A DNA stretch of 64,000 nucleotides from Octopus bimaculoides (Eukaryota). The DNA lies in assembly GCF_001194135.2 (NCBI RefSeq), contig NC_068994.1, positions 44,331,133-44,395,132 on the forward strand. Direction: 5' to 3'. The position numbers and the translations under genes are program-made. The notes under the pieces are model-generated. The model worked only from the letters and a program-made list of their open reading frames with translations. It searched no databases and had not been told where the DNA came from. Of the stretch, positions 38,608-51,109 are shown one piece after another. Every line of letters starts with the position of its first letter. The stretch's first letter is position 1.

Positions 38608-39792
38608 GGAGAATTTGTTTTTGAAAATGCACCTGAATTTGAAAAACTTGTAATTGTTTTTAGATAAATTTATTTATATACATGCCAAACTAGTTTCAAC
38701 AATTTTTTGTTTGTCAATGGTATAAACGTATATAAAACAATGGGACTTTAACAATTTAAGATTGCAAAGTAGAAAACATATTTAAATGATTAAATCTTCT
38801 CAGAATTCAATGACAGGGGCAGATAATATCAAAAACGATCGATGAAGAATATAAAAAATGTGGATTACTAAAAGTTCAGTCATACTGAGTTATTATACAA
38901 TATGTGGACAAGAGAGAAATAAGAAAAGAAGAGAGTGAAGAAGAGGTTTTTCTAGTTTCTGTCATCTTATGTGTGATTCTTTTTTCCATCAGAAAAACAA
39001 CTAGATACAACAAACATAATTCAAAACCTTTAGTAACAGTCTTCCACCTGGGTTTCAAAACTGCATCTCCCAATCACTATACAATAACACCATACACCTC
39101 AAACACCAGTTGCTGATGTCACCTACCTCTAGACCAATGAAATCTTACCACCAATCAGAACTGAACCCTTAAGTAAAATATACAAACTGACCTCTTAAGA
39201 GAATCAACCAACTGGAACGGTTGATGACCATTCCATACAGGGAAGTCAACCAAGCAGAACATCAAACTTGACCACCAGAAAGAATAAGTTGTCATAGGAA
39301 TTATAATGAATCTAAAATTAAATCTGTCTGCGGAAATCATATACATATATATATATATATATATACACTGATTCCGAAACACTCCATTAAAAGCGAGAAA
39401 CCCTGAATGCAACAGAAAAAGGAATCACACACAAGATGACAGAAAAACCCCTTTATTTACTCTCTTCTTTTCTTATTTCTCTCTCTTGTTCACATATTCT
39501 ACAATAACTCAGTATGACCGAACTTTTAGTAATCCACATTTTTTATATTCTTCGTCGATCGTTTTTGATATTATCTGCCCCTTTCATTGAATTTTGTGAA
39601 CATTTAATCATTTAAACATGTTTTCTACTTCACAATCTTAAATCGTTAAAGTCCCATTCTTTTATATACGTTTATACCATTGATAAATAAAGAAATGTTG
39701 AAACTAGTTTGGTATGTATGTAAATAAATTTATCTAAAAACAATTACAAGTTTTTCAAATTTAGTTAGATTTTCAAAAACAAATTCTCCTAT
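38605..39792. mobile_element. Non-autonomous DNA element with ~385-bp terminal inverted repeats
   Basis: ataggagaatttgtttttgaaaa at 38605 and ttttcaaaaacaaattctcctat at 39792. The arms align inward to ~38990 and ~39403 around a ~410-bp non-coding spacer. Confidence 0.85.
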
Positions 39793-40527
39793 CTCCTTTT
39801 CCTGCATGGAAATACACTCCTTCTTTCCATATATATATATAAATATATATACATACATACATACATACATACATATATGTGTGTGTGGGGGGGGGGNNNN
39901 NNNNNNNNNNNNNNNNNNNNNNNNNNNNNNNNNNNNNNNNNNNNNNNNNNNNNNNNNNNNNNNNNNNNNNNNNNNNNNNNNNNNNNNNNNNNNNNNNNNN
40001 NNNNNNNNNNNNNNNNNNNNNNNNNNNNNNNNNNNNNNNNNNNNNNNNNNNNNNNNNNNGTATGCTCATGTGAGTTTATGAGTGCAATCATATACAAGTC
40101 CTTATTTGCATCCGGGTGAATGTGTGCAAAACTAAACTGCAGTTTGCCTACGGACTATGAGAGTGTTGTTTCTAAATGGGCTGCAACTAGTGACATTTGT
40201 TGATATTTGTTGCCAACAAATTGTTCATAAGGCCTGGCCTTTCAAATTCCTTTGACATAAAATTATCCATTACTTAAAAACTAGATGTAGGTTGGTGACA
40301 AGAAGTGCATCTGGCCATAAAAATCCTACCTCTCTGCCTAGGCCATGCTAGCTTGAAAAACAGGTGTTTAATAAAATGAACAAATGACATACATACATGT
40401 GTGTGTGTGTGTGTATAGAAAATTAATGTAAACAGTAGTTTGCAATGTTTCACCAAAAACGAAGATTGTAATCGTTCCTAAATGTGACTATGGCGTTTCT
40501 AACACCCTAGTCACATTTCATGACAAT

Positions 40528-40570
<43 letters not shown>

Positions 40571-40649
40571 ATAAAGGAAAAAGTAAGATAAACACAAAAT
40601 GCTTCTTATACCATTTGTTCTCTATACATTTCACTATTACAACTAGTTG

Positions 40650-41450
40650 CATCCCAATAGGTGTTCATCGTGTAATTGGATGCAGATTCACAACGGTCAT
40701 GTTGGGCAGTATCCAAATTGCATCCATGGTGTACATGGAGGCCATGAAGTTGGTTCCCCAAAATGAGGACTGAATAAAGCTAATGGATGTAAATGACCTA
40801 ACGATCTACTGCACTAATTTCAGGAAATCAGCCAATCACTTGACAGTCTTTCAGTCAGGTGGCCACACAAGCCAGATTGACGATCTTTTCTCCAGAAAGC
40901 AGGATAGATATTTGCTCTTAAATGCAAAGAACATCCCAAGTGAAGAATGTATTCCTCAACATACACAATTAGTCGTTAATGATGTTGACTTTAGGCTAGG
41001 AGGCCTCCAGGAAGTAAACCAGTCTGGAAAAGGAAGATATGGAAGCTTAAGGGTCCTTTGAATATTCAGAAATATAAAGATGTCCTAAATGAAACATTTA
41101 ATGAGAAGTATGAGGTGCAAATAGAGTCGTATAACATAGAGAACAACTGGAGGTTCCTTCAGAATAGCCTACTATGAGCCACAGATCAAATAGATGGCTG
41201 GTGCAAAGATCCAGCCAGATCTAAGATGACATAGTGGTGGAATAGTGAAGCAGACAGTGTCATAAGAACAAAGAAACATATGTGGAAAGATTGGAAGAGT
41301 TGGGGTAGTAAATAATTATGCCAGGGAAGGTAAGTGACAGGTATCTTTACCTAAGAGAAAAACAGAAAGGAAAAAAATTGCCAGTGTTTTGAAGCATGAA
41401 GATTAGAGGCATGAGAAGTTCCAGATTGCAAGAGAGTGTGTCAGAGAAGA
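40650..41450 (+). mobile_element. Decayed RTE-clade LINE, apurinic-endonuclease region and linker
   Basis: Broken frames give DVNDLTIYCTNFRKSANHLTVFQSGGHTSQIDDL...SEECIPQH..., resembling the NTxF...SQID...ECxxQH motifs of RTE APE domains. Many stops and frameshifts. Confidence 0.8.
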
Positions 41451-41769
41451 TCATGCCCAATACACCCACATGACTACACGTTTGATAAGGGTACACCAAG
41501 CACGTGCATCACAACCATATGTGCTCAACTGGTTAAGGTCATGCAAATGGTAAGCAAATCTGCAGTGTTGAGCAGAGCATTTGCTGTAGCCTATTTTTTA
41601 TGCCAATACAAAACATGTGCACGATAATACTTCCAATCAGTTAAGATCAGAAACCAGGGGAGCCACTGTCTGGAATTGCATCAAAGAATGAGTTTTAACA
41701 GCATTTTCTTTTTCGAGATTTATTTTTATTTCAGCAGTTTTTAACTACTTCTTTTGGGGTATTATTTTG

Positions 41770-42110
41770 ATCAGAAGGGTTTTTAATGTCTGTTAGTGGT
41801 CATGTGGCTTTTGCCAATCCTTGATTATCATGTCAGAAGAGTTTGCCTTGATCTCTTTGTCACTTTGGACAAACATAACCCAGATGATTTTAGCCTGGTG
41901 GCTAAGTGTCCAGGTGGTCAGGTGGCCAGGTCATTGTCATGTGCTCTGTCTGGTACATATGTATACCATTTGTTGTCTGTTTTCACATCAAAGTGTTGGA
42001 ATATTGCCCAGTGGATGTAGCTGCCAACTCAGTCATATCGGTGTATACATTCAGATTTGGCAAGGACTGAGCAGTCAAAGATGATGTGGTCAACTATCTC
42101 ACTCTGCTTA
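41770..42110 (-). mobile_element. R4/Dong-like LINE fragment (zinc knuckle to RLE region)
   Basis: EIVDHIIFDCSVLAKSECIHRYD*VGSYIHWAIFQHF...WY...KIIWVMFVQSDKEIKANSSDMII matches the ETxxHIxxxC..LA...YxxRHD...WD..IxTD..IxANRPDI motif series. Confidence 0.75.
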
Positions 42111-42136
42111 TTATTATCCTCCTCCTCCTCCTCCTC

Positions 42137-42179
<43 letters not shown>

Positions 42180-42182
42180 GTT

Positions 42183-42215
<33 letters not shown>

Positions 42216-42399
42216 ATAGCAGCAGCAGCATTTCTTCTAGTTCTTTATATTCTAAGTTCAAATGCAACCGAGGCCAAGTTTGCCTTTCATCTTTTTGAGT
42301 TTGATGAAATAAGTACCAAATGAGCACTGGAGTTGATGTAAAACCAACTCCCCCACACACCCCTCAAAACTGCTAAACTTGTGCCAAAATTAGAAAGAA

Positions 42400-42449
<50 letters not shown>

Positions 42450-42450
<1 letters not shown>

Positions 42451-42695
42451 CTTTGTAGCACAGTGCAGTTAAAAATGCACTGGAGTCTTTAGTCATCTGT
42501 CAAGTCACAACAAGGACATCAGACAGATAATACTTTCCTTAAGATGTGTACTGTGCCCAATAAGGCTGCTTTTTGCAAGATGTCAATCTTGCATGGGATT
42601 TCCAGTTGCCTTAAGAAGTCTTGAAGTTTCAATGGGATTGAGCCCAACACTCCGATCACCACTGGTATCGCTTTTACATTTGATGGTGCAGAGTA
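42450..42695 (-). mobile_element. R4/Dong-like LINE 3' end with (TAA)n tail
   Basis: VKAIPVVIGVLGSIPLKLQDFLRQLEIPCKIDILQKAALLGTVHILRKVLSV*, then a short UTR and (TAA)n. Confidence 0.85.
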
Positions 42696-42699
42696 CTAC

Positions 42700-42805
42700 A
42701 TTGTTTGTTGTTAACACAACGTTTCAGCTGATATACCCTCCAGCCTTCATCAGGTGTCTTAGGGAAATTTCGAATCTGGGTTCTCATTCCTAAGGTATTT
42801 TTCAA

Positions 42806-42864
<59 letters not shown>

Positions 42865-42933
42865 TCACTGCCTGGCATCGAATTTGGAATCTTGGGGTTA
42901 ATAGCCCGCACTCTTAACCACTACGCCATATGG
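42700..42933 (-). mobile_element. tRNA-headed SINE family E with internal (TAA)n and minimal hammerhead motif (42713-42758)
   Basis: Head ggcgtagtggttaagagtgcgggcta..ccccaagattccaaattcgatgcc. Tail gacac-CTGATGA-a-ggctg...cagct-GAA-ACGT-T-gtgtt. Confidence 0.75.
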
Positions 42934-43075
42934 CGTAGTGGTTAAGAATGCAGGCTACTAACCCCAAGAAACCTGATGAAGGCTGGAGGGTACATCAGCC
43001 GAAATGTTGTGTTAACAACAAACAAGATGAGGACAAATATCCATCAAATGTAAATAATGTAAATAATGTACAAAG
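42929..43075 (+). mobile_element. Internally deleted family E SINE copy, head-to-head with the previous one
   Basis: The same head is joined directly to aaac-CTGATGA-a-ggctg...cagcc-GAA-atgt-t-gtgtt and a (tgtaaataa)n tail. Confidence 0.75.
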
Positions 43076-43129
43076 CATTTTGTTTCTCTTTTTACAGAAT
43101 TTCCCAATCTATTGCTCTTGGTATCATTT

Positions 43130-43500
43130 ATCTGTTACTCATTTCAGTTGTGGGGCTGCAGCCACCTTGAAGGGTTTAGTTGAACAAATCCACCCCATTA
43201 TTTATTTTTTAAACTTGATACTTATTCTATCAGCCTCTTTTGCTGAACTGTTAAGTTTCAGAGATGTAAACAAACCAACACTGGTTGTCAAACGATGCTG
43301 ATGGGGCGGGGTACAAACACACACATACATACCTATATATATAACATAGTTTCTATCTATCAAATTCACTCACAGTGCATTGGTTGGCTCAGGTCTATAG
43401 TAATAGACATTTGCCCAAACTGCTGTGCAGTGGAACTGAATCTGAAACCATTTGGTTACAAAGTGAGCTTCTTAACCACACAGCCATGTCTGCAAGAAAT
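43130..43500 (-). mobile_element. SINE family A, older full copy
   Basis: Degenerate reverse complement of family A. Confidence 0.7.
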
Positions 43501-46500
43501 AATCATTTCCAATTTTGGTTTAAGGTGAGCAATTTGTTGGTGGAAAGTTAATTGATTTAATCATCCTCAGTATTTCACTGGTACTTAATTGTATTGACCT
43601 CAGAGGGATAAAAGACAAAGCTGGTTTCAACAGGATTTGAATTGAGACATTATAAAAAGCTGGAACAAATTCCATAAGGTATTTCATCCAATGCTTTAAT
43701 GATTGCATTAATCCACCATTCTTAACATCACAGAAAAAAATAGCAGCAATAACAAAACTTTCATTGTTTGAAACACCCCTTTCTATTTGCCAATCTCAGA
43801 ATGGTATCCAAACATTCTAGAGTTATACAAAGCTTGAGAAAAATAAAGTTTTAAGTCAATAATGGAAAGTAATGTTTCCCATTTCTGTTTGAGATCCAAG
43901 CAAGGCAAACAATATATACATCCACTTAAGTAACTGAGGCTTAAACCAGTACTGAGTAAGAATGTAAATGATTTTGGGGAGATTACTGGAAGGAATCAAT
44001 CAATTAAGAAGGAACCAAATTTATGATACTTGAAATAAAAGACAAAAAAAAATTATAAAGATATCAATATATGCAAATTATACCAGTAATTAAGCCATTA
44101 TTACATGCTGTGTTAATGTGATGAGCTAGCAGAGTATTTAGCATGCTGGACAAAATGGTTAACAGTATTTCACCCAACACTACATTCTGAGTTCAAATTT
44201 TGATATCAGGTGGGAAAATGTGAAAAATCCTGTGAATTTAGTGAGACTAAGAGAAAGCTAATCAACAGTGGATATTCTATCATTAATTAATGTTACTGAG
44301 GCAGTGACTGAAGTAGTTGTGATTATAGAGAGCATTATCTCTGCAACTGATTGTCTGGAAGATTTCTGATCTCTGATATATTACAGCATGCTGCCTAGAA
44401 CTTAGTGTCATGTGTTCTAGATTATCTAGGGACAAGTGTAATCAGCATTTCACTGAAGGTTAACTTGTCAGGAACTTTCTAGAATTTTATAGAATGTTCA
44501 TTTATCTAAAATATGTGATTAGTTTATTTCAAGTAAAATATTGCTGCGTTATTGTATAAACAGAAGCTGCTCCCAATTTGGTGTGAAGGCTGAATGTATA
44601 GCAGGACTGAATAAACATGCTATTATGTTACCCAAAAGAACTGGGACATTTTCTGGTAACATCAATGCTACTAAGCACCACCACAAGGAGTGCTGTTGTT
44701 GAAAGGTACCAAAAATCACTGTGATTTCTGGTGGACGGCTGATGAAGGGAATTTCCCTTAGTGTAAGATGTATGTAAAATAAGGATGTAAATGACGTAGA
44801 TAATATTAGTGTGCATAGAACAGAAATGGAATCTGACAGTTTAGGCTTTCTCATAATGGTGACTTATGAGATGTTGGTGGTACCTCCACTAATGAACAGC
44901 CACTTTTTAGAATGTAACTGTACTGGAACCACAAATCGTCTTCATTCATTCTCATAGTCAACTGGCAGTATAGTGACAGGAGAGGTAAACAATGTAAGTT
45001 TCCTGTCTCCCTCAGTGTTATTAGCAATAAAATGAAATGGTTTTAGACAAAAATTTGAATCATATTTCAAATTCATTTCATCAGGGGTTTACCTCAACTC
45101 TATAAAGGTTTATTTTTAATGGTTTGATCAGAAATAGAAAATATCTATCAGGGCTTCCATGAGGTGTTTCAGCTTCATAGAGAATAATGCCTTTATTTTT
45201 CCATAAGCACTAAGATTCTACATATACCCAGAAGAAGACAAGTTTTGTTGACTTTGAAATATTTGATTACCAGATGTTTTGAAGCATGTTAGGCAATCCC
45301 TTACATGTCATAAAGTTAAAAACACAGGACCCAAAATGTCTGAATTCACTGACTTCCTTGGATTGATGTTGGAATAAATTATCAGGTGGCTTTCATTCTC
45401 ATTGATGGTCTTGCACTCAATCTTGTTTGCATTGTGAGAACCAGACCAACATTGGCCAAAGTACCTCTCAGTTGCAGCAACTTGAAAAAGAAAAAACTGA
45501 AGGGGTGAATTATCCTCAGACTAGAGACATGGCCCAAATACTTACAACAGAGCAGATTCTGCTAAAGATGACCAACGACCATTTAGTAGTGTTGAAATAA
45601 GCAACAGATTAAGTCTACTATCCACTGCTTAAAAAAAATGCACAGTTGAAAGTCAAACTTAGAAAAATTTCAATGTAGAAATTTGCAACTTCATGAATGA
45701 AAAAATATATATTCTTATTGCATGTGATTTTGTTCAATATTAGTTACAATTTTTTTTGTTTTTAGTTTAAAAGAAAAAAATTATTGGTTTTCAAAAATTG
45801 ATTATAGAAGCAATTGAAAGTGTTACTTATAAGAACTATATAGTCTTTATCAATGTTAAACACAACTCCTATGTTAGAAAGCTAATCAAGTACCCCATGA
45901 ATAAAATAAACAGCTGTGTTTTATATAGTTTGTGATAAGCTTCATAGAGTGGAATATTCAAGTTAGCTCCCAGCATACCAAGTCTATGACACAGGTTTTT
46001 TTTTGTGGATTTTTTTTTTTTTTTCCTGAGTTGTAGCTGATTCCATGTACATCATCGCAGTTCTTGAGAAATGCATGTTGCAATACAATTCCCATTTCTT
46101 TTGAATCTAAAATCAACAGAGCTGATCCTGTACTGACAGAGGCTTTTGATCGCATAAAGGTCTAGCAATTGACTCTATTTATTGGACTTGTACATGGGAT
46201 AAATAAATAAATAAATAAATAATACCATTATCTTTTATATGATTTAGAAAGGAAAAAAGCTAAAAGTAACAGACATTGATTTTTATTAGAAAATACAAAT
46301 ATGAACAAACTACATATTTTATTTGAAGCCATTTTTTTGCTTTCTATGAAAGCTTTTATTTGTTTGAATTGCTTCAAATAAAACAGCAATCAGATTTTAG
46401 TTTTTGTGGGGCTTGTTCCTTAAAATTTATATAAATTCTCAACAGAATCCAATATTACTTTGCTAATACATTGGAATCTATTTTAATGAACCTACATTAA

Positions 46501-47349
46501 TAATCAGTATAATCTTTTATCGGTAAAACACTGGTAGCAATGCTTTTATGCCACGCAGTATGGGGTTTTGACTTCTATATGGATTTTTTGGCGTTCAATT
46601 ATCGGATAAGCTAATGACTTCGCCGTATTTAATTATTATTTTTTGATAACATATTGGTTAATTGATGTATTTGGGTCAATTAAATCAACGTTTCCCAGAG
46701 TTATTACTATGTACTATTAATATATTCAGCTGAAATAGTAGAGGAACAGACTAGCTGATTTATTTGCCAACAACCTTTCTGGCAACTATATATTCTCTCC
46801 CTCTCTCTTTCTCTCTCACTTTCTCTCACTCTCTCTTTCTCTCACTCTCTCTTTCTCTCACTTCCTTTCAAACAAAAGACAAGAGCCCAAAGCCTTACAT
46901 TTTTCACCCCCATCACAGCAATTAAACTTATTAAATTTTTACATAAACTCCCCATATGTATATTAATTATTATCACTTCAGACCACAACCTGTTTCCATG
47001 GATTCCAGATGTTACTCAAGTTAATTTATACATTCTAATTTTTATGCCTCATTATCTGAAGTTCAAACTCTATTGAGACCAATTTCACCTTTCAACTTTC
47101 CTTAGTAAATAAGAATAATATCAGTAAGTTGTGGGGAAGGGGGCAGAAAAATGACATTTTATCTGGGAGAGAAACTACATATTTTTTTCTAGTTTTTTTT
47201 TTTTTTTAACTCTCAGACAAAAGAAGAGTTCATAAGCATTCAGTCCTTTTCCTCTCCTGCAGAATACAATCCTATCCAAACTCACAAACTATCATTATTT
47301 TTAACCACAGGCCACCCCAAGTTTTCTTATATTCCATCAGCAATTCTTT

Positions 47350-48073
47350 TATTCTTTTACTTGCTTCAGTCATTTGACTGTGGCCATGCTGGAGCACTAC
47401 CTTGTAGTTGAAAAAATTAACCCCAGGACTTATTCTTTGTAAGCCTGATACTTATTCTATCAGTCGTTTTTGCTGGACTGTCAAGTTATAAGGACATAAA
47501 CACACCAACATCAGTTGTCAAGCAATGGTAGTGGGGGACATACACAGACACAAAGACACATGCACATATATATACATATATATATCTGACAGGCTTCTTT
47601 TCAGTTTCTGTCTACTAAATCTATTCACAAGACTTTGGTCAGCCTGAGGCTATAGTAGAAGACATATATATATACACAAATATTCTATAATTATAAACAT
47701 AATTATAATTAGGGGTCAGCTAATTGCTTCACGACACATAAAATTTAGAATAGGAGTTAAAATGTCATACCCAAGGTGCCACACAGTGGGACTGAACCTA
47801 GAACCATATGGTTGGGAAGCAAGCTTCTTACCACACAGCCACTCCTGCGCCTATATATATTGACTGCGACCATGCTGGAGCACCACCTTTTAGTCAAACA
47901 AGTCGCCCCCCCCCAGGACTTATTCTTCGTAAGTCTAGTACTTATTGTATTGGTCTCTTTTGCCGAACTGTTAAGTTGTGGGATGTAAACACACCAACAT
48001 CAGTTGTCAAGTGATGATGGGGGTTACAAACACAGAGACACAAACATACTCACACACATATATATACATATAT

Positions 48074-48130
<57 letters not shown>

Positions 48131-48540
48131 NNNNNNNNNNNNNNNNNNNNNNNNNNNNNNNNNNNNNNNNNNNNNNNNNNNNNNNNNNNNNNNNNNNNNN
48201 NNNNNNNNNNNNNNNNNNNNNNNNNNNNNNNNNNNNNNNNNNNNNNNNNNNNNNNNNNNNNNNNNNNNNNNNNNNNNNNNNNNNNNNNNNNNNNNNNNNN
48301 NNNNNNNNNNNNNNNNNNNNNNNNNNNNNNNNNNNNNNNNNNNNNNNNNNNNNNNNATATATATATATATATATATATACGACTGGCTTCTTTCAGTTTC
48401 CGTCTACCAAATCCACTCACAAGGCTTTGGTCGACCAGAGGTTATAGAAGAAGACACTTGCCCAAGGTGTCACACAGTGGGACTGAACCCGGAACCATGT
48501 GGTTGGTAAGCAAAGTACTTACCACACAGCCACATATGCA
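47350..48540 (-). mobile_element. Two adjacent SINE family A copies (~47350-47850 and ~47860-48540)
   Basis: Each has the reverse-complement 3' part, internal microsatellite and head. Confidence 0.8.
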
Positions 48541-48779
48541 TATGATAGTCTTTTCCAAACTTTCTCTTCCCTATGCCTATTATTTTGATCCCTAACTTGA
48601 CTACATCATTTTGCTATTAGTCACCAGCATTTTGTATCAGCTACTAGCATTTCTATCATTCATTAATATTTTCTGTCAGTCATCAATATTTTCCATTATT
48701 TATTCATTTAAATTTTTTTCCTGTATTTTCACTCTCTATAATCCCATTCTTACAACTTACTTTTTTCTTTTAATGGCTT

Positions 48780-48780
<1 letters not shown>

Positions 48781-48850
<70 letters not shown>

Positions 48851-49053
48851 ACAGCAATAGCTGTAGCAGCAATATTAGTAGTAGTAGTTGTAGTAGTAGC
48901 AGCAGCAGCAGCAGCAGCAACAGTAGTAGCTGTAGCAACAATAGTAGTAGTAGTAGTTGTAGTAGCAGCAGCAGCAGCAACAGCAGTAGCTGTAGCAGCA
49001 ACAGTAGTAGTAGTTGTAGTAGCAGCAACAACAGCAGTAGCTGTAGCAGCAAC

Positions 49054-49088
<35 letters not shown>

Positions 49089-49115
49089 CAGCAGCAGCAG
49101 CAGCAACAGCAGCAG
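48781..49115. repeat. Compound (TAG)/(CAG)/(CAA) trinucleotide repeat with higher-order units
   Basis: Directly visible. It is the source of the poly-V/A and poly-L ORFs. Confidence 0.95.
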
Positions 49116-49314
49116 GACCTTTTTCTCAGTTTCTGTCTGGTGAGAGTATGAGTGGAAGATATCCTCAGACCAGAGACCTGTCCCGAATGCTAGCAATAGA
49201 ACAGATACAACTAAAGACATCTAATGGACCAGTGACAATGTTAAGCAGGGCAACTGATTAATCTATCACCTAAGAACAGGAACAGTCCTTCTCATGAGCT
49301 TCCAAACAGTTTCT

Positions 49315-49589
49315 TATTTCTTTACTGCCCACAAGGGGCTACACACAGAGGGGACAAACAAGGACAGACAAACGGATTAAGTCGATTATATCAACCCCAG
49401 TGTGTAACTGGTGCTTATTTAATCAACCCCGAAAGGATGAAAGGCAAAGTCGACCTCGGTGGAATTTGAACTCAGAACGTAGCAGCAGATGAAATACCGC
49501 TAAGCATTTCGCCTGGCATGCTAACATTTCTGCCAGCTCACCGTCTTAACTTCGCCTGGCATGCTAACATTTCTGCAAGCTCGCCACCA
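49315..49589 (-). mobile_element. SINE family D insertion with an 18-bp target-site duplication
   Basis: agcttccaaacagtttct at 49297-49314 and 49590-49607. There is also an internal ~40-bp duplication near the head. Confidence 0.85.
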
Positions 49590-49764
49590 AGCTTCCAAAC
49601 AGTTTCTGTCAACCAAATGTCATTCATAAGGCTTTAGTCAACCTGAGGCTATGGTTAAAAATGCTAAACTTGTTGCAAATTTATTAACCACACACCAATA
49701 CTCACTTTCAGGTATCATCAAAGGCATATGGATCCTAAATATATTCTTTGATTATTATGAAAGT

Positions 49765-50055
49765 TCATCATCATCATCATCGTTTAACGTCTGTTTTCCA
49801 TGCTGTCATGGGTTGAATGGTTTGACTGGAGGACTGGCAAGCCAGGAGGCTGTGCCAAGCTCCAATCTGATCTGGCAAGGTCTCCACAGCTGGATGCCCT
49901 TCTTAATGCCAACCACGAGTGTAGTGCTTTTTATGTGCCACCAGCATTGGAGCCAATCAGATGGCACCGGCATTAACCACATTCAGATGGTGCTTTTTAC
50001 GTACCACTGGCACAGGTGCCAGTCTGGTGGTACTGGTATTGGCCACAACTACAAT
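49765..50055 (-). mobile_element. SINE family B copy
   Basis: catcatcgtttaacgtctgttttccatgctgtcatgggttg... Confidence 0.75.
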
Positions 50056-50209
50056 TTCCATTTTGATTTCGATCTTGATTTGCTGTTGATTCTGATTTTT
50101 CATTTTTGATTTTTTCTGGATATATATAAATATGAGACAGTTGTGACTGACATATCTTTGATCATAGCCCCACTCAATCAGGGCTGGCTTGGGACTAAGT
50201 AATAACAAT

Positions 50210-50705
50210 GATAACAAAGGATGGTATGAAATGTGACAACTGATGTATGTTATGATAATTTGTGTGTACTTTTATATTTAGTGAGATGTGAATACTAACA
50301 TATGTTATGACAAGATATGAATCTTAGTGCACTTCATGAGATATGCTGACTGTTGTACTCTCTGATATCTGACTACTGATGTACTTTATGAGATATGACT
50401 GCTAATGTTATGATATGATAATATGATTACTAATGTACGTTATGGTAAGATATGACTACTGAAGAGTTATGAGATGTGATAACTAATGAGACGTGATGAC
50501 TAATGAGATGTGATGACTAATGAGATGCTGAGTTATGTCATAATGAGATGTAACAGCTAGTGTTTTTTTTAGGGTAAGATGTGATTATTGAAATCTGTTA
50601 CAATGAGATGTAACTACTGATGTAGTAATTATGAATCGTGGCTGCTGATGTATATTACGATGAGATGTAAACACTAATGTATGTTATAATTAAATGTGAT
50701 GACTG
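50210..50705. repeat. Degenerate minisatellite (atgagatgtgactactgatgtatgtt-like units)
   Basis: Recurrent atgagat(g/a)tga...actaatg / actactgatg motifs. Confidence 0.7.
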
Positions 50706-51109
50706 ATTTTAATTTCAAGAAAAGCCCTTCTTTGGAGAGGAAAAATTGCTTCAGAATTTGGCACAAGTACTCTGACGGTATTTTTGATGTGGATGTTAAT
50801 ACAACAGGACCAATATGTTGTAACTATGTTTGGCACATCGTACCCTGTTGGCATGAGAAATATACATTGGTTAATGAAATCTTAGATACACAAAGACATT
50901 CCAACCATGACCATTATTTTCAGACTTATAGCATACCTCAAACAACACTATCCAAAGTGCCGTTTTATAAGAGGGAGGGATATAATTTGAGATTGGGCCT
51001 TGATTCTATGATACAATTACAAACTTTTTTTCTTTTTTTGAATTAATCTGGATTAAACCTTACTTCAAATTTTCCTGTTAATTTGTGTTTCAAACACCCA
51101 ATTAATAAT

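Noticed and set aside
44628-44816. ORF starting with a signal-peptide-like MHTNIIYVIYILILHTSYTKG
   Set aside because: Hydrophobic runs are expected in AT-rich random frames. The donor is weak and there is no homology.
48611-49261. 216-aa poly-Val/Ala ORF and antisense poly-Leu ORF
   Set aside because: Trinucleotide microsatellite.
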